Notes under the pieces: generated by a model
The model's input: only the letters and a program-made list of their open reading frames with translations
What the model was told of the DNA's origin: nothing
Databases searched by the model: none
Position numbers and translations under genes: made by a program
Assembly (NCBI RefSeq): GCF_009914755.1
Contig: NC_060932.1
Origin: the human T2T-CHM13v2.0 reference genome, Homo sapiens
Direction: 5' to 3' (one strand)
Length of the DNA: 64,000 nt
In this document: one piece after another, positions 13,738 to 27,590 of the stretch
Position numbering within the stretch: position 1 is the first letter of the stretch
How the letters are laid out: every line of letters starts with the position of its first letter

Positions 13738-14830
13738 GGTTTGTCAAATATCTGCTGGATCCAAGCTCGCAGCCTCTATTATCCCACTCCCCATCTGGAT
13801 GGCAGCTCTGTACATCAGCTGGCTGAGTTCTGCCTATCCAAGAATGCTTCTGTCTTCCTATATCCTCGGTTGTTTCTGCGGGATTAGTGCCTCAAGCTTC
13901 TGGGCTTGGCTATAAACATTACAGGGAGGCTTTATTTGGAATGCCTTCATGTAAGTAGATGTGACTAACTCCAGTGCAGTCATCTGAGGCTTGAATTCCA
14001 TGGCATTTATCTGCATCTTGAAGAGCCAGAGCCATGATGGTACCTGGTCCAGGCCTCTGTCAGAGCTCCTAGCACACACACTGCCAGGATTCGTTTGTGT
14101 TTCTGTCGTCCCTTCCAGCCTCTGGTCTCTTTGAGGCAGGGACCCTGCTCCACTTTATTGATACCGCCAGAGCCCAACACACAGCTCAGCCCATTTGTGT
14201 TAATGGGAGGAAGGGAGGGAAGAGACAGCAAGGAACGAAAGAGGGAAAGCAAGGTCAGGAGGGGAGGAGAAAGGAAGGAATGGAAGAAACTCTGGCCCAT
14301 TCAGAGAAATAGAGAATTGGGAAGGTTATTCAGCCTCCAAGTACCCTAGGATCCAGTGCTGTATTTTTTTTTTCTTTTAACAAACATAGCTCACACTCAG
14401 TAATTGCTTTTCCGGAAATGGAACTATTTATTTTATTTTTTGTTTGTTTTGTAAATCATCTAAGTTAGTTCCCAGTCCTACCTTATGAGAAAAATGCCAC
14501 TATTCCCCCCATTTGATAGTTGAATGATACTTAGTGGTTTAACTGAGTGAAATAATCAGGCCAAACACACAGAGCAAGCAGTAGAGGCACCATGATTTGA
14601 ACCCAGGGAATGGAAAACCAAAGCCCCCGCTCTTCATCAGATGCAGCTACCTTGCATGTCATCTTCTCTGCCTAAAGGAACACTTTGTTCACAGTAATGT
14701 TTTTCTCCAAAACATTGCACTTTGCGTCAAAATTTCAGATAAACTTACATTGCTGGGAAGATAGAATGAACATAATTTTCCCTTTTCCTGTCTCTAAGAA
14801 AACCCAAAAACCCTGAATGTTATATATGAA

Positions 14831-14923
14831 ATTGGATTTGGGTTTTGTTATGTTTTGTTATGTTGGGTTTGTTATGTTTTGTTTAAAGCATTCTCCCACA
14901 TCCACATGCACACAACTGGCTGG
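14831..14923 (+). repeat. Copy 2 of the local duplication, with internal reiteration
   Basis: Same sequence as 13669-13737 with two substitutions and an added atgttgggtttgttatgttttgtt reiteration. Confidence 0.95.
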
Positions 14924-14929
14924 AGCCTC

Positions 14930-16535
<1,606 letters not shown>

Positions 16536-17959
16536 AACAATTATCTTTAGTCTTCCATTTATGAATTATTCTATGAGTTAAGCACTATTATCAGCATTTT
16601 GGAGAAGACACAGTGACTCAGGTTATGTAACTTCCTCAAAAAAATGGACCTAATGCAAAGCCAGGGCTGGGACCCACACCTGGACCTGCCTGCTTCCCAA
16701 GCCACATGTGATGGAAGGTGCCCCCCACACCGGGGACACCCCATGATTGATGGAGAATTTCTGTGATGGACACATTGATTTCTGTTTTATCTGCAACCCC
16801 AGGGACTAGTCATTGCACCACTTAGACCCCACGCAGTGAGGAAACTTGCCCAAGAAATAAGGCAAAAACTGGATTTTGAATGCAGATAAAACTAACATAA
16901 CACACTTCAGACAAAGCACGTGTCATGTTTCACACCCTCAGGACAGGGACAGTGGCAGGAGCTGGGGTAGTTGGAAGGGGAATGTGGTTAGATTATGTGA
17001 ATCTGAGTTTCTGGAGGGAGGTTCACTGGGGAAGACAATTATGGGTAGGTGGAGTAAGATCTCATGTGAGGAAAGAAACAAGATTTTCTGGGGATAGTGT
17101 CCAAATAAAAGACTGACATGACATTCAATCTAAGAAAAGGCAGCGTACTCATATCACCTATGACTTAGAAAAGCCTGATAGTGAATAGGGGTAATATGTA
17201 GCAACACAATTATTTCTGAGCTGTAATAAAAATAAGGACTAGACAACTATATCTCATGGATATTTCAATGGTACGTGAAGTATGCAGCAAAGACTCTGAT
17301 ACAAACCAGGTGCTCAGGAAATGTGAATTTATTGTCAAGTCCGCCACCCTCCTGCCCCTCCCGCCTCCCTCCTCCCTCCACCCTCAGGTTGCAGCCCAGC
17401 AAGTATGAGCACCGCATTCCATTTCCTCCTGACGGCAGGTAGGGGCACAGAAGCTGGTGCAGGGAACACCTTGGATTTCTTCTGGGGGTAGAGATCTGGC
17501 TCTGGTCCTCCAGAAACATCAAAATCATCTCCAGGGTTCCTTCTAGCAGTTAGCCCATTGCCATGGTAGCCAGCATTTATGGTACAGGAATTGGGACAAG
17601 GAAGGGTGATAAGCAGAAAGCAATTTAGAGAGACGATGAGATTCAGCACACTGTGAAGGCAGCCTGGGCAGAGTTCAAGCTGTGTCTGATTCAGAGGGTC
17701 TGTCTGCTCCCACTGCACGTGGGCACCCCTGATGTGTTGCTGGGTGATGGGTGGTGCTCAGGGTCAGAATTTGGTAGTGACATAAAAACACGATGTGTCT
17801 GCGTCCAGACCACTGAGCTGTGCCTGTCACAGACCCAGGCTCTGAGCTCTGCCCCAGCCCAGCTGAACTATTATGATGCAAATTTCCTGTGCTGTGTCCA
17901 AGAGAGAGAGGGCCCAGCTTCCCCAGCTTGGGTGGGCAAAGCTTTCTGCTCAGGAAGAG

Positions 17960-18460
17960 CTGCAGAATTGGGGTAAAAAGGTTGGATTCAAAGCTGGCTC
18001 TATGTGACTTTGGGCAAGTCACTTTAATTCAATGAACATTTGTTAAGCACTCATGAGCAATGTTCTGTGCACTTTTTTCCAAGCCGTCTGATGTGCTGAT
18101 ATGTGAGCCAGAATAGGGGTATACGAAAGCAACGCCAACTCTGCCGTGTACTAGCAGTGAAAACTTGGCAAGTCTTGGAAACGCCCTGCACCTCTGCTCC
18201 CTCATCTGTGAAAGGGAATCCTAAGCTACCTCATAGGGTTGTTGGGGGAATTCAATGAGGTGTCCTCCAAGAGCTTAGCCAGTTCCCAGCATACCTAAGG
18301 GTTCCATCTCTATTACTTCTATTACTCTCTAGTCCTCAATTCTTCACCTGCATAGTGTGATCAATAACCCCAGCCTCACAGGTTCATGAGGGTTACATGA
18401 GATAATGAAAATGAGGATGTTTTATAAAGTAAAGTACATTATATGATGGTTTATTGTCAT
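17960..18460 (-). mobile_element. Cluster of MIR fragments
   Basis: tgtgactttgggcaagtcacttt, cctctgctccctcatctgtgaaaggg and cctcaattcttcacctgcata are repeated MIR cores. Confidence 0.7.
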
Positions 18461-18492
18461 TGTCATAATGGGACATTAAGAAGAAGAATATT

Positions 18493-18799
<307 letters not shown>

Positions 18800-18864
18800 T
18801 CAGTCTGAGCTACTCTGTGCATGCAGGTGGTGGCACTGGGAGTTCCAGTGCTTTTCTTTTTTTC

Positions 18865-19160
18865 ACAAATTCATTTATGCAGTAAATATGGGCCCATGCC
18901 ATGTGCTGGGCATACTGTACAAGACACTGACTGCACTGAGCTTGAAACCCAGTGATGGAGGCAGACGGGCCGAGTGATCATCAAATATACAAAGTCTGTG
19001 CTCTGCTAGAAGGCAGCACATGGTGCAATGGATCCCAAGAGAAGGATGATCAAACCCAGGCCAGGGAGATGAGGAAACGATTCCTAGAAGAGGGATGGCT
19101 GAGCTGAGCTCATAAAGATGTGTGAGAAGCAGGAAAGTGGGAAAATGTTGTCACCAGGAA
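18865..19160 (-). mobile_element. L2 3' fragment
   Basis: attcatttatgcagtaaat...catgccatgtgctggg...cctagaagagggatggctgagctgag. Confidence 0.65.
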
Positions 19161-19817
19161 TAACCTGCTCCCCTAGCAAAATCCTTCATTTAATCAACAG
19201 TCCCCCTAGAAGTAAAGGCCACTAGGAGTTGTCCCTGAGGACGAGCCTGATTCTTTTCTCCAATGGCCCCACCCCAGTACCCACTGCTTATCATGGCTAC
19301 CTGCAGCTGTACTAAATGAATGGATGGATGGACTCAAATAAACAGCCACAACAGAAAAACAGGATTTTTGACCCACAAAATCTGTCACCATTCTGAAAAA
19401 TACAACCAAATTAGCAAAGGGAACTAAACTGGCTCGGGCATCTTTGCAGCCCGTTCATCATTCACTGAGTGTCTGTAATGAACAGCGTCTGAACGGGGTA
19501 AAGATAGCATCATCTGTTTTCCAGGGTTTCCTCGTACATCTCTGTCTTACCCCAAAATAGCAGCTACCCAACAGCCCCTCAGTCATTCCACGAGCATAGA
19601 AATGAATTTATATTGGGAAGCATTCAAGAGGGGAAGCGAGTGATCATGAGGGTATTTCATTTCAGAAAAAAATATTCTGCTTTGAGTTTCAGTATGACCA
19701 GCTAATTTTGCTTGAAATGCCCATAAATCTTTCTCAGCAGCGGAGTTGGGATGGGCATTTTCAAAGCATTCTGGGGTTCTAAATTCACACGGAATACAGA
19801 GGCCCCAAAAAGATAGG

Positions 19818-20171
19818 TGCAATGGACTTGAATGCTGATGTGATCCAGAAATTCATATGTTGAAACCTAACCCCCCAAGGTGATGGTGTTAGGAGCTGGG
19901 TGTTAGGAGCTTTTGGGAGGTGATTAGGTCGTGAGGGTGGAGGTCTCAAGAATGGGATTAGTGCCCTTATAAAAGGCCCCAGAGTGCTAGCTCATCCCCT
20001 CCACCATGTGAGGAGGCTGCTGGAAGCCACCAACTATGAACCAGAGACCAAATCTGCCAGTGCCTTGATCTTGGACTTCCTGCCTGCAGAACTACAATCC
20101 ATAAATCCCTGCTGTGTACAAACCAACTGGTCTATGGTTTTTGGTTATAACAGCCCTGATGGACTAAGAAA
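19818..20171 (+). mobile_element. MLT1A/A0 solo LTR
   Basis: aaattcatatgttgaaacctaaccccc...aatgggattagtgcccttataaaag...ggactaaga. Confidence 0.85.
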
Positions 20172-20406
20172 GGGTAAACCTGGGGAAGGTATAAGGCTGG
20201 ATGCTAAGAAGAGATGAACAGAGCCATTCCCCAGATTCCACCGTCTGCCAGGAAATTCCTGCACCTCTCACACAGCCCTTGACAATCCTGCCAGTTTTGC
20301 TTAGCACTTCTCTGACCCCATCCCTTCCTCTCCTCTCAGAATTTATCACTCCCTCATTTTTACTTTTATATCAGAAAGCATGGGCCTTGGAGTCAGAAAA
20401 ACATGG

Positions 20407-20881
20407 TATCCTGTCCCGAATTGTATCCCCCAAAATGCATACATGGAAGTCCTAACCCCCAGTACTGCACAATATGACCTGACTTGTGAATAAGATCTTT
20501 AAAGAGGTAATTGAGTTTAAATGTGGTCATTAGGGTAAGCCCCAATTCAACATGACAGGGTCAATATAAAAAAGGGGAAATTTGGGCATAGAGACAGATA
20601 TACACAGAGGAGGATGATGTGAAGAGACAGAGGGAAGACACTATGTAGAAACAGAGATTGGAATGATGCTTCTACAAGTCAAGGAATGACAAAGATTGCA
20701 AGAAACTACCAAGACGGGGGAGAGGGTGGATCAGTTTCTCCCTCACCAGCCTTGCCGACACCTTAGCCTGGAGTTGAGGCTGGACCCCAGTCCTAGCCCT
20801 GAGAGCTGTAAATCAATACATTTGTGTCTAAGCCTCCCAGTTTGTAGCATTTTTTTGCAGCGGCCCTAGGAAGCTAATATA
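20407..20881 (+). mobile_element. MLT1B/C solo LTR inserted in a MIR
   Basis: gaattgtatcccccaaaatgcatac...gaagtcctaacccccagtac...caaggaatgacaaagattgc...ccctaggaagctaatata. Flanks join as a MIR (ggagtcaga | cccaggttc). Confidence 0.85.
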
Positions 20882-20953
20882 CCCAGGTTCAGTCTGGACT
20901 TTACAATTTACCAGTCATGCTCACCCGGGTAACCTATTTCAGCTCTCTCAAAC

Positions 20954-21248
20954 CAGCACCATCCAATAGAAATATAATGGGAGTCACATGTATTTTTAAA
21001 TATTCTAGAAGCTACATTTAAAAAGTAAAAAGAATCAAGTGAAATTAATTTTAGCAGTATATTTTATTTAACTCGGTATGTCTAATATATTATGTGAACA
21101 GGCAATCAATATAAATGTTAATGAATTATTTTACATACGTTTTTGTTCCAAGGCTTTGAAATCTGGCATGTATTTTATACTTAAAGCACATCTCAATTTG
21201 GAATGATCTTATTTAAATGCTCAAAAGCCACATGATATGCACTGCAGC
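20954..21248. mobile_element. MER33 (hAT-Charlie MITE)
   Basis: cagcaccatccaatagaaatataatg...gtgaaattaattttag...tttgaaatctggcatgtattttatactta...gcacatctcaatttgg. Confidence 0.8.
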
Positions 21249-22075
21249 TCTGACCTTTAGTTCCTGTATCTGTGACATGAACGTAATAATACACCACTCA
21301 TGGAAACGGGGTCTTTCAGATTCTAGAGGATGTCCTGACTTAGCAGTTGGCCATGTGATGTGTAAGCAGACTGGCTTATTGAGGCATCTTTAAATTGGAG
21401 TTCCCAGAACCTTTGGAAATGGTTTACAGAGTTATGTGGATACTCTCTTCTCCTGCAGCCATGAGAACGAAAGCTGAGGATCATGCACAGGACTTAATTG
21501 TAAGAGTAGGAGAGCTCTAGAGGAGTTTACATTCTCAACCTTGGGAAGTCTTCTACAGCAATGTCACAGCCAGGATTAAGAAGTGGGAGCCTACACCATG
21601 ATATGGGATACAAAAATCTTGGTTAATACACTTAAATCTTGCATCTCAAAATTGCTCAAAACCTTTGGGCTGCCACACTTGTTCCCTTCTTCCTATTAAA
21701 GGCTTGAAGACGATGCAGCAAAATACTTACCTCGCTTCCCCCCAGGGCTGTCAGACTGATAACGAGGGTTAAGCCACAGCATAGCACAACTGCAAGACTG
21801 CTGCATCTGCTAGGAGTGGAGAGGGACTGTACCCTACAACCACTGCAGCATCTGCTGACACATACTGGCAGGAACCAGGAGAGCATCATGGAGCTGGATG
21901 CTGATGGTGCTGAATCGAGGAGGCTGAAACAGAAGCCTGGAGAAGAACCGATAAGCATGAGTGCACTCACAGTGCAACATTTAGCACACTGGCAGGGACT
22001 CCACATTGCCAGCATGGCTCTTGGAACCTTGAAGAAATGGGTGTCCACAGTAAAGCAGAAAAGGCATGGCAGACC

Positions 22076-23097
22076 ATAATTTAAAAATCAAAGCATAATA
22101 GATGTTGGCATGGATGTGGTGAAAAGAGAACACTTACACTGCTGATGGGAATGCAAACTATAAAACCACTACGGAGATTCCTTAAAGAATTGAAAGTATA
22201 ACTATCACTTGATCCAGCAATCCCACTCCTGGGTATCTACCCATAGGAAAATAAGTCATTATACAAAAAAGACACTTGCACACACACGTTTATAGCAGCA
22301 CAATTCGCAATTGCAAAAATATGGAACCAACCCCAATGCCCATCAACCAAGAAGTGGATAAGGAAAACGCGGCATTCATATACCATGGAATACTATTCAG
22401 CCACAAAAAGGAACAAAATAATGGCATTTACAACAACCTGGATGGAGTTGGAGACCATTATTCTAAGTGAAGTAACTCAGGAATCAAAAACCAAATATCG
22501 TATGTTCTCACTTTTAGGTGGGAGATAAGCTATGAGGACACAAAGGCATAAGAATCGTATAATGGACTTTGGGGACTTTGGAAGAGGGGGATGAGGGATA
22601 AGACTACACTTTGGGTACAGTGTACACTGCTTGGGTGACGGGTGCACCAAACCTGAAATCACCACTAAAGAACGTATTGATGTGACATTGTTTGGCTGTG
22701 TCCCCACCCAAATCTCATCTTGGATTGTAACTCCCACAATTCCAACATGTTGCAGGAGGAATCTGATAGGAGGTGATTGAATTATGGGGGCGGGTCTTTC
22801 CTGTGATGTTCTCATCACAGTGAATGAGTCTCACGAGATCTGGTGGTTTTAAAAACGGAAGTTTCTCTGCACAAGCTCTCTCTTTGCCTGCCGCCATCCA
22901 CATAAGGTGTGATTTGCTCCTCCTTGCTTTCCGCCATGATTGTGAGGCCTCCCCAGCCATATGGAACTGTGAGTCCAATTAAACCTCTTCTTTTGTAAAT
23001 TGCCCAGTCTCAGGTATGTCTTTATCAGCAGTGTGAAAATGGACTAATACACCACGTAACCAAAAAACACCTGTTCCCCAAAAACTATTGAAGTATT
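22076..23097 (+). mobile_element. 5'-truncated L1PB 3' end
   Basis: gggtacagtgtacactgcttgggtgacgggtgcacc...cacctgttccccaaaaactattgaa is an L1PB-type 3' UTR. TSD aaaag(g/t)catggcagac. Confidence 0.85.
22683..23051 (+). mobile_element. THE1C-like solo LTR nested in the L1PB
   Basis: tgacattgtttggctgtgtcccc...gcacaagctctctctttgcctgccgccatccac...ggactaataca. Confidence 0.88.
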
Positions 23098-24259
23098 AAA
23101 AGTCATGGCAGACATTGGAAATGGCTCAGAGAAGTAGGTGTGTGGGAGTGGACATACAATGCAGGTATGGAAAAATTGCTAGCTGGAGGACAATTCATTT
23201 AACCGCATAGTGAGATGTGGCCTGCCAAGAGGTACTCATGTCATCAAGGAGTCTTTGGCTGTCCTCTGAGGGCAGGATGATGGTAAGAATGCTATTACAC
23301 TTCAAAATAAATCATAGGATTCCTAAATAACACAGGCCAGATGGAAGGGCTCAACTGTCATAAGCAAGGTAGAAACAATTGTAATAAGCAGTGTCAGGGA
23401 CTTTGACCCACAGAAAGCCATGGAGATGGCTATCAGCACATGGGGAGAGGCAGACGGGCAGTCAATGAGGTTATCACTCAATCTAGTAAATCAAGAGATA
23501 TTGAGAACTAACAACTAAATGCAATACCTGCCCCTAGACTGGATCCTGGAGGGGAAAATTGCTATGAAGGACATTATGGGTCAACTGATAGAACTGGAAT
23601 GAGGGTAGCAAAGTGGGTTAAAATATATCCCTGTTATCTTGTCTACAGCCAAGGAAGCACACCCTAACAGACATGGCAGAGGCTGGCCTGTCTTCTGCAA
23701 GCTCCCAAGATAGCTGCCTGTGATTTCCCTTGTTTGGTACAGTCTTACCCTGGCTTCTGGCTCTTTATCAAGTAACATCTTCACTAAGATGTTTCTTTTG
23801 GCTTTGCATTGGTTTTTAGTTTGTTATTGTTCTTGTTTTCTTCATCTGGTCATCTTCATTTTGTTCTTTTACCTTTGATAATCCTCATGACTATGCACCA
23901 TGTTATGTCATTATGCTCTTTAGTGAGACCTTCTGATTGCTTGTTTTTTTGAGGCATAAGCTTTTTCTGGGCAAAGAATCAGGTGTCATTCAAAGCGGGT
24001 TCTGCCTCTGGCCTCGGTAGGCTCACAGTGTAACGTCATCTGAAAAGTGAGTACCAATTTCTAGCTCACAGAGCAGTCATGAGGCTTCCATGAGATGAAG
24101 CTATGGGCCTGGTCCATGGGAATGGCACAGCCGGTTTTTGCTGTTCACATCATCATTGTTATGATTAAAGGAAGAAGAAGAAGGCACTAGAGTAGGGAAG
24201 GTAGCAGAATCAAAGTGCCTCTTATTTGGAAGGAACTTTTTAAAAGTTCCTTTCGGACA

Positions 24260-24500
24260 CTTGGTCCAGTCTCCGTGATGAGGATCATCCTCTCAAAGAG
24301 CTCTCCAAGTTCCAAGCTGTCCTCTAGCCTCTCTCTGGACATCAGTTATTGGATGCTCATCACCTTATGAGGTTAGCCCTTCAATTATGTGCAGCTCTCC
24401 TTGTAATAGCTTACCTGTCGAACTGAAGCCATTTGCCAATAAACTCCAGACGTTGGCCTTGATTCTTCTACTTGGGGACTGAAAATAGAGGAAGTTACTG
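24260..24500. mobile_element. CR1/L3-like fragment
   Basis: tctagcctctctctggacatc...gctcatcaccttatgaggttagccc is a degenerate L3 motif. Confidence 0.45.
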
Positions 24501-24509
24501 CTCTGAGCA

Positions 24510-24918
24510 GCTCTTGTTTGTAGAGCTGATACACTTATTCCCCAGCTGCTGAAATGATTGCATCCTTCTTAAGTAGTGCCTTCGTTGATAGAAGTCGCTT
24601 GCTTTGGAAATAACTGGGAGGTCAGGCCCACACCCCACGGGAGTGAGTGGCACATGTGCGGTCACTCACTGAGGTAGCAGTTCAAATACCTGGCCACGTT
24701 TTCACAACTGAGACAGCTCTGAGGATCCATTTATAATTCAGAGCTCTCCACAGGATCACAGTGAGGATGGACTTCAGCTGAAACACCACCTTAGCTTCAT
24801 CCCTGCTCTACTCTGTACCCTCACGCCCCAAAGTCTCTCCTCTGAGCATTCCATCAAGTAGTTACTTGTAGAAAAAAAGTCCCCACTGCAGGCTCAGCTT
24901 CAGGAAACCCACATAAGA
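24510..24918 (+). mobile_element. LTR16-like ERVL LTR
   Basis: cccagctgctg...agctctgagg...cagagctctccacaggatca...gagcattcc...aggctcagcttcaggaaacccacataaga is an LTR16-type 3' end. Same orientation as the upstream ERVL relic. Confidence 0.65.
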
Positions 24919-25142
24919 TGAGACTAAGAATAAGGATTTCACATGGCAGCCCTTCATTCCGTGACAACCACATTCAAAGAGCCCTGAGTTTTCTATTCCC
25001 TATGCTGTCACCAACTCACCTCAAAAGCAGTGGCTTTATATTCCCCAGGACATCTTGGCTCTCCTCTTCCAAGCTGTTCTACACTCTTACACCACCAGAT
25101 GCAGTGACTTCACCAGAAAGTCATAACCAAGATTATCTAACC

Positions 25143-25405
25143 CAGAAGTGTGACTCAGCTGCCTAAAGGGGCAAAGCTGGTAATAGGAGCAAGTGAAGCG
25201 GCTTGGTGCAATGCAATAGGGAAGAGTGGAGAGTGCTGATAATGGAGAGCACTTGGTCTCAACTACAGTGAGGGTAGCTTCTCAGCTCCAGCAGGCTACT
25301 GGCTTTGAGAAATTAGAACACAGTATGCAAATCTGATGTTTCAAGATAAGTCAGAAAATCTGGTTTTCATAAGAAATATCCTGAATATTAAATATTGGCA
25401 GTATA
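25143..25405. mobile_element. MER102-like hAT-Charlie fragment
   Basis: gtgaagcggcttggtgcaatgcaataggg...ctcagctccagc...tttcaagataagtcagaaaatctgg. Confidence 0.7.
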
Positions 25406-25674
25406 TTTAGAAAATGTTCTAACAGCATGTGAAGTCATTAACACTTTGCTTTTAGTCCAGTATTTCTTATTTTGGAGTTGGGGAAGGTATCTACTCTTTG
25501 ATGAAAGCTTTGTACAATCACCAGGGGAGAAATTACTACCAAAATGACACCAAACTTTAAATACAATTGAAGGTTCAAAGAGCCTTAAAATAAGGGAGAA
25601 ACCCTGATATGCTGTAACCATTCAATAAAAGAGATGGGGTCACTAATGATATTTCTCATTCTAGAGTTTTTAAT

Positions 25675-26090
25675 TGTTATTTTAAAATAAACTTTATTGA
25701 GAAATGATTTACATAAAACATATCCATTTTAAGTATACAGTTTGAAGAGTCTTGAAACAAATGGATACAGTCATGTAACCATCATCACAACCAAGCCGTG
25801 GAAGTTTCATCTGACCCTACCTAGTTAACCAGTTAATCCCCACCCCTCTATGCCTTCCAGCCCATGCAAACACTGATCTGCCTTCTGTCACTACAAATTT
25901 GATTTGTTCTCCTAGTTGAGTATAAATGGAGTCATATAATATATGTTCTTTTATGTCCAGCTTCTGTTGTTCAACATAATGATTTTGAAATTCATCCACG
26001 GGGTTTGTGAGTCAGTAGTTCCATCCATTTTTCTCAGTAGGTTATATTCTATTATATGGATGTGCTGCAACTGAATAGTCACCTATTCAG
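25675..26090 (-). mobile_element. L1ME/MC 3' fragment
   Basis: actttattgagaaatgatttacata...atccattttaagtatacagttt...cactgatctgccttctgtcactac. Confidence 0.75.
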
Positions 26091-26659
26091 CAGGTGACTA
26101 TTTTTTAACCGTGAATTCTGGGGTCATAATAGATCCTTTCATAAATATGTTGTTGAAAGTGTATCCATAGCTTTTACAAAAAGCTATCAAGATGATACGT
26201 TTAATTAGGATATTATATTTTTAGCTTGATTTTGAGCTTATGCTACTAATAGTAAACAGTGACATTTAAATTTTAGATTTGGTTCCAAGGTTAAAGAAAC
26301 GCTATTCCCTAACAATCAATTTACTCAGTTATATAAATACATTTTAACATCTGATATTTCAGTGGAGTGTAATTTTTAAAACCTGAGTAATTCAGATCAG
26401 CTGTCTGATTCTCTACACTCTAAATAATTACTGGCTTTCTTCTTTATTGTTTGTGGAACTCGCCTCCTTACTGGTGGAATTTCTGGAAATTAATCCTGCT
26501 TACTGATTAAATGAAAATGCTTTAATTTGGCTTAAATTGATACTGTTAAATTTTTTCCTATTTAAAAATAAGCTTTCTAGTACTGAACATGTATCAAGTG
26601 ATTAGAACAAGCACAGCTAGTTTTTATGTGTTTGTTTGCTTTGGTTTCGTTTTTAAGTG

Positions 26660-27590
26660 AATAGAGCTTATTTCTTTAGAGCTGTTTTAGGTTCAGAACA
26701 AAACTGAGAGGAAAGCGGAGTTCCCACATGCACCCTCCCCTCAATACCATCATCAATATCTTGCACCAGAGTGGTATATGTGTTACAATCAATGAACAGA
26801 CCTTGATACATCAACAGCACCCAAAGTCCATAGTCAATGTTGTATATTCTACAGGTTCGAGCAAATGTATAATGACATGATTCCACCTTTATAGCATCGT
26901 ACAGGACACTTTCACTGCCCTAAACATTCTGTGTTTCACCTATTTGTACCTTTTCCCCCTCCTTTCCTTCCCTCCAAGCCCCAACCAACCACTCATCTTT
27001 GTTACTATGTCTATAGTTTTATTTCGCCAGAATGCCATATAGTTAGAATCACAGTGTGCAGCCTTTTCAGATTGGCTTCGTTCATTTAGTAATATACTTC
27101 TATGGTTCTTCCATGTCTTTTTGTGGCTTGATAGTTAATTCCTTCTTAGTGCTGAGTATTCCACTGTCTGGATGTTTCACAGTTTATTCATCTACTGAAT
27201 GACATATTGGTAACTTCCAAGTTTTCGTAATTATAAGTAAAGCTGCTATAAACATTTTTGTTCAGGTTTTTAGGTGGACATAAGTTTTCGACTCATTTGG
27301 ATAAATACTAAGAAGCATGACTGTTGGGTAGGTAAAAGCATGTTTTGTTTTGTAAGAAACTGCCAAACTATCTTCCAAAGTGGCCATTCCATTTTACATT
27401 CACAACACTGAGTGAGCATTCCCGTTGCTCCATACCCTCACCAGCGTTTCGTATTTTGGATTTTAGCCAGTCTAACAAGTGTATAATGGCATCTCAATGT
27501 TTTAATCTGCAATGCCTTAATGGCATACAATGTGAAGGATCTTTTCCTTCTCTTATTTGCCATCTGTGTATATTCTTTGGTGGAAGCGCT
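26660..27590 (-). mobile_element. L1MC1/MD-type 3' fragment
   Basis: ttttagagctgttttaggttcaga...caccagagtggta...acccaaagtccatagt...gccttttcagattggcttc. Confidence 0.8.

Larger units (their letters stand above)
21310..23505 (+). mobile_element. ERVL-class internal relic (HERV16/ERV3-16A3-like gag region), split by an L1PB
   Basis: actggcaggaaccaggagagcatcatggagctggatgctgatggtgctg and catggagatggcta...gacgggcagtcaatgagg resemble ERVL/HERV16 gag-region motifs. Present at about 21310-22075 and 23100-23505. Confidence 0.6.
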
